Shown here: one piece after another, positions 19,222 through 28,260 of the stretch
Position numbering within the stretch: position 1 is the stretch's first letter
Layout of the letters: every line of letters starts with the position of its first letter
Source of the DNA: Vicinamibacteria bacterium
Lineage (GTDB): Bacteria; Acidobacteriota; Vicinamibacteria; Vicinamibacterales; UBA8438
Assembly (NCBI GenBank): GCA_963578805.1
Contig: CAUZDY010000014.1
Location: 514-64,513 of the forward strand
Reading direction: 5' to 3'
Length of the DNA: 64,000 nt
The notes under the pieces: generated by a model
What the model was told of the DNA's origin: nothing
Seen by the model: the letters and a program-made list of their open reading frames with translations, nothing else
Databases searched by the model: none
Made by a program: the position numbers and the translations under genes

Positions 19222-20211
19222 CTACTGGCCACGGTACGCATTCCGCGTCTGAAGAGCGAGATCGAAGATGTCGAGGGGAATCATCGACCCACGCATCGAC
19301 GCGGTCAGCTCGTCAACGTTCCGTCGGAGCTTAGTCTTCGCAGCCTCGTCAGGAACAACGGTCGTAAGACCGCGGCCACGCATGACCTTAATGGCCTCTC
19401 GATCTTGCCGCGGAACCTCCTCCCACAGCTGGTCTTCAATCTGTTTACCGACCGTCCGAAACACCTCCTGGTCGTCGGTGCTCAACCCAGCCCATGCCTT
19501 GGCCGTCACGACCAGCGCATTAATCACCGGCGCAAGCGGCACATCGAGCATATAGGGAGCGGACCGATAGTACTGCACCAACATGACTGCATATGGCGGC
19601 AGCGGATACGCATTGATCAGTCCGGTATTCAGCCCCATCGCCACATCCGTTACGGCGAGCGGAACGGGTTCGAAGCCGTTCTCCTTGTACCACTGCACCA
19701 TGGCATCGTCGCCGGCGGACGTGAAAATCTTCGTGCGCCGAAGGTCATCCAGCGTTTTAACGGGATTGGCAGTGAAGAAATAAGCCCAGCCCGTATGGCC
19801 CCAACCAATAAGCACAAACCCCTGGTCGGCCAGGGCCTGCTTCAGGGTCGGCTCGAGGGTCGCGAGGACGTGCCTGGCTTCTGCGTCGGAATTGAAGAAG
19901 AACGGCATGCCCAAGACATTAAACGCCGCATCAATCTCGCTGAGCGCAGGCAGAGACAACAGCGCCGCCTGTGTTGAATTAAGCTTGAGGCGACGAACGA
20001 TCGTTGATTCATCCCCTTGGGAACTCGAAGCGATGCGTAGCCGGACCCTCCGGTTCGTTGCTGTCTGGAGAGCCGCCGCCATCTCCTTGAGGGTCTTGTC
20101 CCACAGAGAATTCGGAGGAGCGATCGAACCCAGAGTCATCGGCCGCTGGGCGAACAGTACCGCTGGAACAACCAATAACGTTACGACGACAGCGACTCGG
20201 AACGACCTCAT
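19222..20211 (-). CDS. dctP: TRAP substrate-binding protein (DctP/TatP type)
   Basis: LGSIAPPNSLWD, GDESTIVRRL, PVKTLDDLRRTKIF and PVPLAVTDV. Confidence 0.9.
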   Translation of the reverse strand: MRSFRVAVVVTLLVVPAVLFAQRPMTLGSIAPPNSLWDKTLKEMAAALQTATNRRVRLRIASSSQGDESTIVRRLKLNSTQAALLSLPALSEIDAAFNVLGMPFFFNSDAEARHVLATLEPTLKQALADQGFVLIGWGHTGWAYFFTANPVKTLDDLRRTKIFTSAGDDAMVQWYKENGFEPVPLAVTDVAMGLNTGLINAYPLPPYAVMLVQYYRSAPYMLDVPLAPVINALVVTAKAWAGLSTDDQEVFRTVGKQIEDQLWEEVPRQDREAIKVMRGRGLTTVVPDEAAKTKLRRNVDELTASMRGSMIPLDIFDLALQTRNAYRGQ

Positions 20212-21173
20212 TGTTTGTCCTGTTCTTCAGGGAGCGGCACCTCGAATAGCTCGTCTGCATTATCCAGCAACAGACGCGCACGTTTCTGCGTCACAAGATT
20301 TAGTAGTCGAATACTGATATCAGCCTCGGGGTCGACTGCAAGCGCTGCATCGAGCAACGACTCGAACGCCTCACGGTCCTGTATAGCCAACGATACACCG
20401 GTAGCCAAGGCGACATAGGGTGAGGCGTCGAGACCGCCGGAAAGCTCCAATGCCCTGTCGAAGTAAGCACGCGCACGTTCTGGCGACCCGCCCAGCAGTT
20501 CTGGAACCGATTCAAGCGTGATGAACGCTCCGTGCAAGGCGCCACGATTGTAATCTTCATCCAGGGCTAGTGCACGACTTAACAAGGCTCTGACGACCGG
20601 AAGATCGGCAGCCAGATCGGGCTGGTCCAGTCCGAGAGAGATCGCGGACCCCCACGATACGCCTAGCCAGTACATCGTCTCGATGTCCTCAAGGTCAAGC
20701 TCAGAAACCGCATTGTCTGGCGAGAGACGCAGCTGAGCCGAAAGCCCCGGGTAATCGACTTCCACGCGCCGCAGGCAGTAGTCGCGCGCTCGGATGTACA
20801 TATTCAGCGCACGAAGCTTCGCCCGCGCAGAAAGCTCATAGTCGAAGTTCTCCCACTCGGCCACTTCGGCATCAGCCTGGACGAACACGGCCGCGTACTG
20901 TGTAAAGGTGCTGCACGCCATCAGCAAAAGCTCGGGGTGTTCGGGTGACGACTGCAGCAACGTTTCTACCGTTTTAAGGTTAAAGGGCATCGCTTCGCGA
21001 ACGAGTTCCGGATCGTTGTCAGATGCGTAGACGCTCGCACCCGCGGCCAAGGTGTCCGAGAGCGCGTTCACCGCTAACGACCGTATTGAGCAGCCTGAGC
21101 TCAGGACAATCATCGCCATAATGGCTCCCCGAACGGTCGCGGTCGGTAGACGACCGGCTGTAAGTGGCGGCAT
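20208..21173 (-). CDS. TatT-family TRAP-associated TPR-like lipoprotein
   Basis: LSSGC lipobox; DNDPELVREAMPFNLK, LALDEDYNRGALH and GGSPERARAYFDRALEL; overlaps the dctP start. Confidence 0.85.
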   Translation of the reverse strand: MPPLTAGRLPTATVRGAIMAMIVLSSGCSIRSLAVNALSDTLAAGASVYASDNDPELVREAMPFNLKTVETLLQSSPEHPELLLMACSTFTQYAAVFVQADAEVAEWENFDYELSARAKLRALNMYIRARDYCLRRVEVDYPGLSAQLRLSPDNAVSELDLEDIETMYWLGVSWGSAISLGLDQPDLAADLPVVRALLSRALALDEDYNRGALHGAFITLESVPELLGGSPERARAYFDRALELSGGLDASPYVALATGVSLAIQDREAFESLLDAALAVDPEADISIRLLNLVTQKRARLLLDNADELFEVPLPEEQDKQ

Positions 21174-21270
21174 ACAGATCAGATAGTTTATGTACGTCCG
21201 GGTACGATCATAACAGCCCTTCCAGGGCATTGATTTTTGGCGACGAGAGAAACGGCTGTCCTTTCGTGTC

Positions 21271-21954
21271 ATGATCAACGTCATCGAGTTCGTTTTGATC
21301 CCAGGTGGCTGGTTCGACATGGGCAGCGACGCCGGCCAAGCCGACGAGGGCCCCATTCACCGGGTCTGGGTCGACCCTTTCTCCATGGCGGTCTTCCCAG
21401 TTACCCGACACGATTACCAGGATTTTCTCGACGCCACCAAGCGGGACCACCCGCGCGGCTGGGACGACCCGGCGTTCGGCGCCCCGGATCAACCGGTTGT
21501 CGGCGTTAGTTGGAACGATGCCGTCGTGTACTGCCTGTGGCGCTCGTCACATGGGGAACTAGTTCGCATTCCCACCGAAGCCGAGTGGGAGCGAGCAGCA
21601 CGAGGAAGACAGACCGAGTCAGATTTTCCGTGGGGAGACAACATCCCAGCATGGATTCCCAACGAGGGCCGCGGACCACTTGAGGGGCCATGGTCGGTAA
21701 GATTGGGGGAGCCGAACGACTTCGGCCTTTACGGAATCGCCGCCAACATCCACGAATGGTGCGCCGACTGGCATTCCCGCACATACTATCGCGAGTCGCC
21801 ACGCCGTAATCCCACAGGGCCACCCTCAGGCGAGCGCCGCACCTCTCGCGGGGGGTCCTGGCGCCACGCTGTCACGATCAGCCGCAACGCCGCACGGAGT
21901 AAACTTGACCCCTCCTACCGCTACACCGACTATGGGTTTCGCCTCGCACGCTGA
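21271..21954 (+). CDS. FGE-sulfatase (SUMF1-like) domain protein
   Basis: GGWFDMGS, PVVGVSWNDA, IPTEAEWERAARG, NDFGLYG...EW, RGGSW and GFRLA. Confidence 0.9.
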   Translation: MINVIEFVLIPGGWFDMGSDAGQADEGPIHRVWVDPFSMAVFPVTRHDYQDFLDATKRDHPRGWDDPAFGAPDQPVVGVSWNDAVVYCLWRSSHGELVRIPTEAEWERAARGRQTESDFPWGDNIPAWIPNEGRGPLEGPWSVRLGEPNDFGLYGIAANIHEWCADWHSRTYYRESPRRNPTGPPSGERRTSRGGSWRHAVTISRNAARSKLDPSYRYTDYGFRLAR

Positions 21955-21982
21955 ACACGACGGACCAGAGCTTGAACTCGCC

Positions 21983-23329
21983 ATGCGGATCGCCGAGGCG
22001 ATCCGGACGGCCAATGGACGGGTCCTGTTCGTGGGGGGCTGGGTACGCGACCAACTTAGCGGGCGCGAGTCGAAGGATATCGACCTCGAAGTCTATGGCT
22101 TGAGGGCTGAGGCACTTCGATCAGTGCTCGAACGAATCGGCAGGGTTGACACGGTCGGTGAAAGCTTCACCGTGTACAAAATCGGACCACTCGATGTCTC
22201 GCTCCCTCGCCGCGAATCGAAGACGGGCCACGGACACCGTGGCTTCACCGTCACGGGGGACCCGGACCTCTCATTCGACGAAGCGGCGCGACGCCGGGAC
22301 TTCACCATTAATGCTATCGCCTGGGATCCGTTTGCGAACGAGTACTGGGACCCTTATAAGGGACGCGACGATTTAGCGCTGGGGATCCTGCGTATGGTCG
22401 ACTCCGAGACCTTTGGTGACGACAGCCTGCGGGTACTTCGCGCGGTTCAGTTCGCCGCGCGCTTTGATCTCACCATGGACGGCATGACTCAGGCAACCTG
22501 CCGGACCATCCCGTTGAACGATCTCCCACCCGAACGCGTCTGGGGAGAAGTCGAGAAACTCCTACTGAGGTCAGCGCGGCCGTCGATCGGTTTTACGCTC
22601 GCGCTGCAGATCGGTGTGGTCGAACGCCTGTTTCCTGAGCTCAAGGCACTGGTCGGGTGTCAGCAGGAACCCGACTGGCACCCCGAGGGCGACGTGTGGA
22701 CCCACAACCTAATGGTGATCGACCAAGCGGCTGCACGACTCGACGGCCTTCCGTATCCGCAGCAGGTTGCGCTCATGGTGGGGGCCGTGAGCCACGACTT
22801 TGGCAAGCCGGCCACCACCGCGTTTTTCGACGGACGCATCCGATCGTATAACCATGAAGAAGCTGGGATTGAGCCGACTGAGGTCTTCCTCGACCGCCTC
22901 AACCTTCACTCTCTCGATGGATACGACGTCCGTCGACAGGTGCTTGGACTCGTCGCTCACCATCTAAAACCTGGTATGTGGCACAAGGCTCCCGATGGGG
23001 TCGGTGACGGAGCGTTTCGTCGACTGGCCCGGAAGGTCGACCTTAAACTGCTGGCCCGGCTGGCCAAATCCGATTGTCTCGGACGGACCGGTACGTTCGA
23101 CTGCTCGGCGATGGACTGGTTTTTCGAGCGTGTCCAAGCTCTCGGCGTCGAGCATGAGCCCCCTCCACCACTCCTGCTCGGGCGACACCTTCTCCAGCTG
23201 GGACTGGAGCCAGGACCCAGGGTGGGTAAGATTCTCGGTCACGTCTACGAGCGACAACTCGACGGTGACGTGCGGACGCTCGATCAGGCGATCGACGCCG
23301 CACAGTCGCTTGTTGCCGACGGTACCTAG
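21983..23329 (+). CDS. cca: CCA tRNA nucleotidyltransferase with HD domain
   Basis: VGGWVRD, DIDLEV, RRDFTINA, DSLRVLRAVQFAARF and HDFGKP. Start uncertain (ORF is open from 21905). Confidence 0.88.
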   Translation: MRIAEAIRTANGRVLFVGGWVRDQLSGRESKDIDLEVYGLRAEALRSVLERIGRVDTVGESFTVYKIGPLDVSLPRRESKTGHGHRGFTVTGDPDLSFDEAARRRDFTINAIAWDPFANEYWDPYKGRDDLALGILRMVDSETFGDDSLRVLRAVQFAARFDLTMDGMTQATCRTIPLNDLPPERVWGEVEKLLLRSARPSIGFTLALQIGVVERLFPELKALVGCQQEPDWHPEGDVWTHNLMVIDQAAARLDGLPYPQQVALMVGAVSHDFGKPATTAFFDGRIRSYNHEEAGIEPTEVFLDRLNLHSLDGYDVRRQVLGLVAHHLKPGMWHKAPDGVGDGAFRRLARKVDLKLLARLAKSDCLGRTGTFDCSAMDWFFERVQALGVEHEPPPPLLLGRHLLQLGLEPGPRVGKILGHVYERQLDGDVRTLDQAIDAAQSLVADGT

Positions 23330-24318
23330 TCCACGCCTGGTGTCTCTCGCCCGGCCCTTTCGACAATCCCGATGAGTGCGGACCCCGAGATGTTACCGCC
23401 ACTGACCACCGCTACGGTTGGCTCATCTAGGCTTGAGTCCGACGTGACGAGCGCTGCGGCTACGCTCGCGGCGCCGCTTGGTTCCACGACGAGCTTAGCG
23501 TATTGAAACAGCCAGGCGACCGCCCGCTCGATCGCATCGTCTGACACCGTGACGACCGCGTCGACGAATGCGTGCGCGTGCGCGAACGTGAGGTCTCCTG
23601 GCCGCACTGGAAGCAGGCCGTCAGCCACACTGCTCACCGTCTCGAAAGTCACCGGCCGCCCAGCGTCGAGCGACGCGGTCATCGTCGCCGCGCCAACCGG
23701 CTCCACGCCGATAACCTTGACACCCGGACTGACCTGTTTCACCGCTGCCCCCAGACCGGCCGCGAGCCCGCCGCCACCGATCGGGACATAAACACGGTTA
23801 ACGCCCCTGCAGTCCTCGAGGATCTCGCTGCCCACTGTCGCCTGGCCAGCAATGATGTCCGGATGGTCGAACGGTGGCACGACCACAAAACCGCGTACCT
23901 TCGCTTCATGCTCGGCTCGTACCTTGCGCTCGATCGATGTCGTTCCCTCCATCAGTACCTCAGCGCCAAAATTCCGAGCACCGGTGACTTTTACATCGGT
24001 TGCCGTAAGGGGCATAACTACGACCGCCGGAACTCCTAGGTTGCGCGCCGCGTAGGCCACCGCCTGACCGTGGTTACCCGATGAGTAGGTGATCACACCC
24101 CTCTGCCGAGAGTCGGCGGTCAGGTTGGAGATCATGCTGTACGCCCCGCGAAGCTTGAACGAACCTGTCATCTGCAGATTCTCCAGCTTGAGCCACAGCG
24201 GACGGCCGGATTGGCGGGAGACGTCGATGAGCGGTGTTCGAACAACCGTGCCGCGAATCCGTGCCGCGGCGCGTTCGATATCGGACAGAGACGTAAAAGT
24301 GGGAGCCACGCGGGTCAC
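23326..24318 (-). CDS. PLP-dependent threonine/serine dehydratase
   Basis: KLENLQMTGSFKLRGA, SSGNHGQAVA, PIGGGGL, VEPSGA and SGGN. Confidence 0.92.
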   Translation of the reverse strand: MTRVAPTFTSLSDIERAAARIRGTVVRTPLIDVSRQSGRPLWLKLENLQMTGSFKLRGAYSMISNLTADSRQRGVITYSSGNHGQAVAYAARNLGVPAVVVMPLTATDVKVTGARNFGAEVLMEGTTSIERKVRAEHEAKVRGFVVVPPFDHPDIIAGQATVGSEILEDCRGVNRVYVPIGGGGLAAGLGAAVKQVSPGVKVIGVEPVGAATMTASLDAGRPVTFETVSSVADGLLPVRPGDLTFAHAHAFVDAVVTVSDDAIERAVAWLFQYAKLVVEPSGAASVAAALVTSDSSLDEPTVAVVSGGNISGSALIGIVERAGRETPGVD

Positions 24319-24345
24319 ATCCTACCAGAGCATATACTCATATCC

Positions 24346-25008
24346 ATGCGAGACTGGCGACCGCCGTCACCATTCATCGGCGTCGCGCTTGTCTTGGCAC
24401 CGTGGCTCTCAACCGCAGAACCCGCCTACGCTCAGGAGGGAGCCGACCGGCCTATCGGCCGGTTCGTGGTCGACGTTCGGGGAGCTATCACTCCGTTTGG
24501 CGACACCACCGAGTTCGCGGGGCTCCGGGGCCTCGACGGCTCCCTCACGCCAGGTCTTGGACTCGGATTTGAGGCAGGCGCGCACGTTTACCTATACCGA
24601 TGGCGGGTCATTACCTTCGGCCTGGGTGGAAGCGTACACGCATCACTCGGCGACCGGGGTGCCAGCGAGCTCGACCCGAACCCAGACGGGCCCACCGTGC
24701 GGAAACGGTTGGTTGCGGTCTCACCGCAGTTGTCGTTCAATTTTGGCGGCCGTGACGGCTGGAGCTACATCAGCGGCGGATTGGGAAACGCCCGGCTGTC
24801 ACTCTTTCCGCTCGGAGCCGGCAGTGCCGGGCGACAAACGAGAAGCCTCAACTACGGCGGCGGCGGGAGGTGGTTCACAAGCGACCACCTGGCCCTCTCC
24901 CTCGACCTCCGCTTCTACGCGCTCACTCCCCTCGAACAGACCGAGACCGAACCTCGTTCGCCGCGGATGACCGTAATGGTGTTAAGCATCGGCACAGCGT
25001 TCCGCTAG
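24346..25008 (+). CDS. Outer-membrane beta-barrel protein
   Basis: Signal peptide ending AYA-Q; alternating strands; NYGGGGRWF...LDLRFY; ends IGTAFR. Confidence 0.65.
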   Translation: MRDWRPPSPFIGVALVLAPWLSTAEPAYAQEGADRPIGRFVVDVRGAITPFGDTTEFAGLRGLDGSLTPGLGLGFEAGAHVYLYRWRVITFGLGGSVHASLGDRGASELDPNPDGPTVRKRLVAVSPQLSFNFGGRDGWSYISGGLGNARLSLFPLGAGSAGRQTRSLNYGGGGRWFTSDHLALSLDLRFYALTPLEQTETEPRSPRMTVMVLSIGTAFR

Positions 25009-25021
25009 ATCGACTGCTCTT

Positions 25022-27544
25022 ATGAAGCGGGACACGCTGCTCGATTTTTTCGCTGACCGAATCAATTCGGAGGCGGACTTTCTCGTGTATGACGACGGCT
25101 ACCGCACCTACACCTACACCTACGACGAAATCAGTCGCGCCGCCAGACGATTCTCAGAACGGCTGGTCACCGCAGGCATCCAGCCAGATGACAAAATCAT
25201 CATCTGGAGTGAGAACCGCCCCGAATGGGTCGTGGCGATGTGGGCTTGCTGGCTCGCGCCCTGCGTGGTCGTTCCCGTTGACTACCGTGCCTCCCCCGAG
25301 TTGCTCGGCCGGGTCGTATCGATTGTCGAGGGACGGGTCGTACTCGTCGGCGGCGAGGTCTCATTACCGATAAGCGATGTCCATTCGTGGCCCTTGAAAG
25401 ACCTTCTGACCCCAGAGCGAATCGACAGCGCAACATCGCTTCCGGCGCGTCATTCAAACCGGTCGACCGCGCCCTCCGCACTGGCCGAGATCATCTTCAC
25501 GTCAGGTGCCACCGCAGAACCAAAGGGTGTGCAGCTTACCCACCAAAACATCCTCGCTAATATTGTTCCTGTTGAACGTGAGATCGTGAAATACCGCGCC
25601 TACGCACGACCGTTCTTCCCGCTGCGGTTTCTCAACCTGCTCCCACTCAGCCATATGTTCGGCCAGGCGATGGCCACTTTTATACCGCCAATTCTTCCGG
25701 GGATCACGGTGTTCATGCACGGCTACAACCCGTCAGACATCGTCAAACAGATTCGAACCGGACGGATCTCGGTTTTGGTCTGCGTTCCGAAGATGCTCGA
25801 GGTCCTGCGTGACCACCTGCGGTACGTCGTTCCCGATATCTTCGAGTACCCCACAAAGACAGAACACGTCGCGCGCAGATGGTGGCGTTACCGCTTGGTT
25901 CATCGTCTGTTCGGGATGAAATTCTGGGCGTTCGTCGTTGGGGCCGCGCCTCTTGACCCCGAGCTCGAAGCCTTCTGGTCGCGCCTGGGATTCCTGGTGA
26001 TTCAAGGATACGGCCTAACCGAGACCGCCCCTATTGTCACGCTCAATCACCCCTTTCGTACTCGTCAAGGAACCGTCGGGACACCAATCGGGGGCGTCGA
26101 GGTGAAAATCGCACCAGACGGCGAGATCCTGGTCCGGGGAGGAAACGTGACGACCGGCTATTACAACGCTCCGAACGCGACTGCGGCCGCATTTGAAGAC
26201 GGATGGTTTCACACTGGTGACATCGGTGTCATCGACACCGCTGGCCGGCTCTCTGTGCGTGGTCGCAAAAAAGAGGTCATCGTCACCCCGGAGGGACTTA
26301 ACGTCTTCCCGGAGGATATTGAGCGAGTGTTGCTCAAGATCGACGGCGTTTGCGACGCAGCCGTCGTTGGCGTGACCTCCGACGGAAAGGAGCGGGTGCA
26401 TGCCATCCTTGTCCTCAACCCGAGCACGGATGCCGCATGCGTTGTGCGCAACACGAATGCGAGACTGGAAGACCATCAAACGGTGAGAGGGTACAGCGTT
26501 TGGCCAGGAAAGGAACTCCCTCGGACAGAAGGCACGCAGAAGCTGAAGCGAGGCGACCTACGCCGGTGGGTCGAGAGCGGTGGCGCCTCGTCACCGCGGC
26601 GATCCGCGCAGGAAGATCGAAGCACACGAGCGATCGTTCAGCGCCTCGCGGGTGACCGCGAGATAGGCGACAACACCACTCTTGAAGAGCTCGGTCTCAG
26701 CTCACTCGAACGGATCGAGCTCATAATGGCCCTCGAGCAGCAATTCGACCGGTCAATCGACGAACAGTCACTTGGAACCGCGTCGACAGTCGCCGACCTT
26801 GAAGCTCTCGCAGATTCGCCGACACAACCCACACAACCTACATCTCGGACCGATCAGCCCTCAGAATTCCCCAGCTGGAACCAACGATGGCCAGCCAGGG
26901 TCGTGCGCGGCGTAACACTCACGGCGTTTCTTCTACCGCTCACTCGGATGTTCGCATGGAGCACAGTGGAGGGACTCGACCACTTGCCCGCACCGGCGGA
27001 ACCGGTCGTCTACGCGGCCAATCACCAGAGTCACATGGATGGACCGGTCATTCTAGCCGCGCTGCCGGCGAATCGACGCCGGCGGGTGGCCACGGCGGCT
27101 GCCAAGGAGTTCTTCGCCGCGCATTTCCATCCCGAGCAATTCTCGTGGCGACAGCGGGCAACAAACTCGCTGAACTACTACTTGGGCAGTCTCCTGTTCA
27201 ACGTCTTTCCTCTACCACAACGAGAGACTGGTACACGCCGGGCTATTCGATACCTCGGCGACCTCCTGGGTGACGGTAACTCGGTGCTGATTTTTCCAGA
27301 AGGTCGTCGAACAAACACCGGCGAAATCAGCCGTTTTCAGCCAGGCATCGGCATGATCGCCGCCCGGTTGCAGGTGCGAATTATTCCAGTTCGAATCGAT
27401 GGGCTCGACCGTGTTCTTCACCAAACATGGCGAATGGCGAGACCTGGGCCGGTGCGAGTTGTATTCGGTGCCCCCCTGAGACTCGAGGGCGAGGACTACC
27501 GGGATCTGGCCGGTCGAGTCGAGGAGGCCGTCCGGTCTCTCTGA
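25022..27544 (+). CDS. Aas-like multidomain protein: AMP-binding acyl ligase + ACP + LPLAT acyltransferase
   Basis: FTSGATAEPKG, QGYGLTE, WFHTGDIG; LGLSSLERIEL (ACP); ANHQSHMD and IFPEGRR. Confidence 0.9.
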   Translation: MKRDTLLDFFADRINSEADFLVYDDGYRTYTYTYDEISRAARRFSERLVTAGIQPDDKIIIWSENRPEWVVAMWACWLAPCVVVPVDYRASPELLGRVVSIVEGRVVLVGGEVSLPISDVHSWPLKDLLTPERIDSATSLPARHSNRSTAPSALAEIIFTSGATAEPKGVQLTHQNILANIVPVEREIVKYRAYARPFFPLRFLNLLPLSHMFGQAMATFIPPILPGITVFMHGYNPSDIVKQIRTGRISVLVCVPKMLEVLRDHLRYVVPDIFEYPTKTEHVARRWWRYRLVHRLFGMKFWAFVVGAAPLDPELEAFWSRLGFLVIQGYGLTETAPIVTLNHPFRTRQGTVGTPIGGVEVKIAPDGEILVRGGNVTTGYYNAPNATAAAFEDGWFHTGDIGVIDTAGRLSVRGRKKEVIVTPEGLNVFPEDIERVLLKIDGVCDAAVVGVTSDGKERVHAILVLNPSTDAACVVRNTNARLEDHQTVRGYSVWPGKELPRTEGTQKLKRGDLRRWVESGGASSPRRSAQEDRSTRAIVQRLAGDREIGDNTTLEELGLSSLERIELIMALEQQFDRSIDEQSLGTASTVADLEALADSPTQPTQPTSRTDQPSEFPSWNQRWPARVVRGVTLTAFLLPLTRMFAWSTVEGLDHLPAPAEPVVYAANHQSHMDGPVILAALPANRRRRVATAAAKEFFAAHFHPEQFSWRQRATNSLNYYLGSLLFNVFPLPQRETGTRRAIRYLGDLLGDGNSVLIFPEGRRTNTGEISRFQPGIGMIAARLQVRIIPVRIDGLDRVLHQTWRMARPGPVRVVFGAPLRLEGEDYRDLAGRVEEAVRSL

Positions 27545-27606
27545 CCGGTTGCCATGACGGCACGAAACTAGCGTACTAGCTGCTATACTCAGGAACGTGC
27601 AGAGCG

Positions 27607-27825
27607 GTGGCGCAAGACGACCTCATCGACGTTCGGGAGACCGTAGTGGCGATGCGCAGCGGTCGACTCTGTCGGGTGCAGTGTGATCCCTGTTACGAGG
27701 TCTTTGCTCAGCTGAGCGGCAGGATACGGCGCTTTCGTATCAAAGTCGTGCCCAGAGACCGGATTACCGTGGGGGGGACGCCCTACGACCCGACTCGGAA
27801 AATCTTCACGTTCCGGGCTCGCTAG
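27607..27825 (+). CDS. infA: Translation initiation factor IF-1 homolog (divergent)
   Basis: 72 aa; MAQDDLID...AQLSGRIRRFRIKVVPRDRITV...PYDPTR...FR. Confidence 0.7.
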   Translation: MAQDDLIDVRETVVAMRSGRLCRVQCDPCYEVFAQLSGRIRRFRIKVVPRDRITVGGTPYDPTRKIFTFRAR

Positions 27826-27857
27826 CGGGTACTGGAGGCAAGAGGGCCCTGCAGGCT

Positions 27858-28226
27858 GTGAGCGACTTTTTCGACGATCTGGTTGTTTCTTCGAAGATTA
27901 GATCTCAGGCTGTCTTTGAATCGGCACCCGCAGGCGCTCCCGAGAGCGGGTCAGAGACCAAAACAGACCTCGAGACCGCTGAACGGCCAGCATCTCCAGA
28001 AGTAAAACAAGAGCCGAAGGCGAACCCCGCTGTGACCAGGTTCCTATCGTGCCGATGGCACGAAGCTCAGGATGCGGGAGCCACCTACTGCTCGCATCGT
28101 GACGTCCTTCCGTTTGCGGGGAAGAACGGTTTCAATGCCGAAGCCTGGTGCCCAGAGTGCGCGTTCTTTAAGGTCAAACGAATCGCTAAGAAACGCGCAA
28201 TCACCGATTACGGCGACTACTACTGA
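27858..28226 (+). CDS. Hypothetical protein with C-terminal Cys/His motif
   Basis: CRWH...CSH...CPEC; low-complexity N-terminal linker. Confidence 0.65.
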   Translation: MSDFFDDLVVSSKIRSQAVFESAPAGAPESGSETKTDLETAERPASPEVKQEPKANPAVTRFLSCRWHEAQDAGATYCSHRDVLPFAGKNGFNAEAWCPECAFFKVKRIAKKRAITDYGDYY

Positions 28227-28260
28227 GATTTAAACTGAACCCGCCGCGGTTGCTCCGGAG

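Noticed and set aside
25105-25123. (CACCTA)x3 microrepeat as a phase-variation tract
   Set aside because: The 6-nt unit keeps the frame and the tract is short; it encodes TYTYTY.
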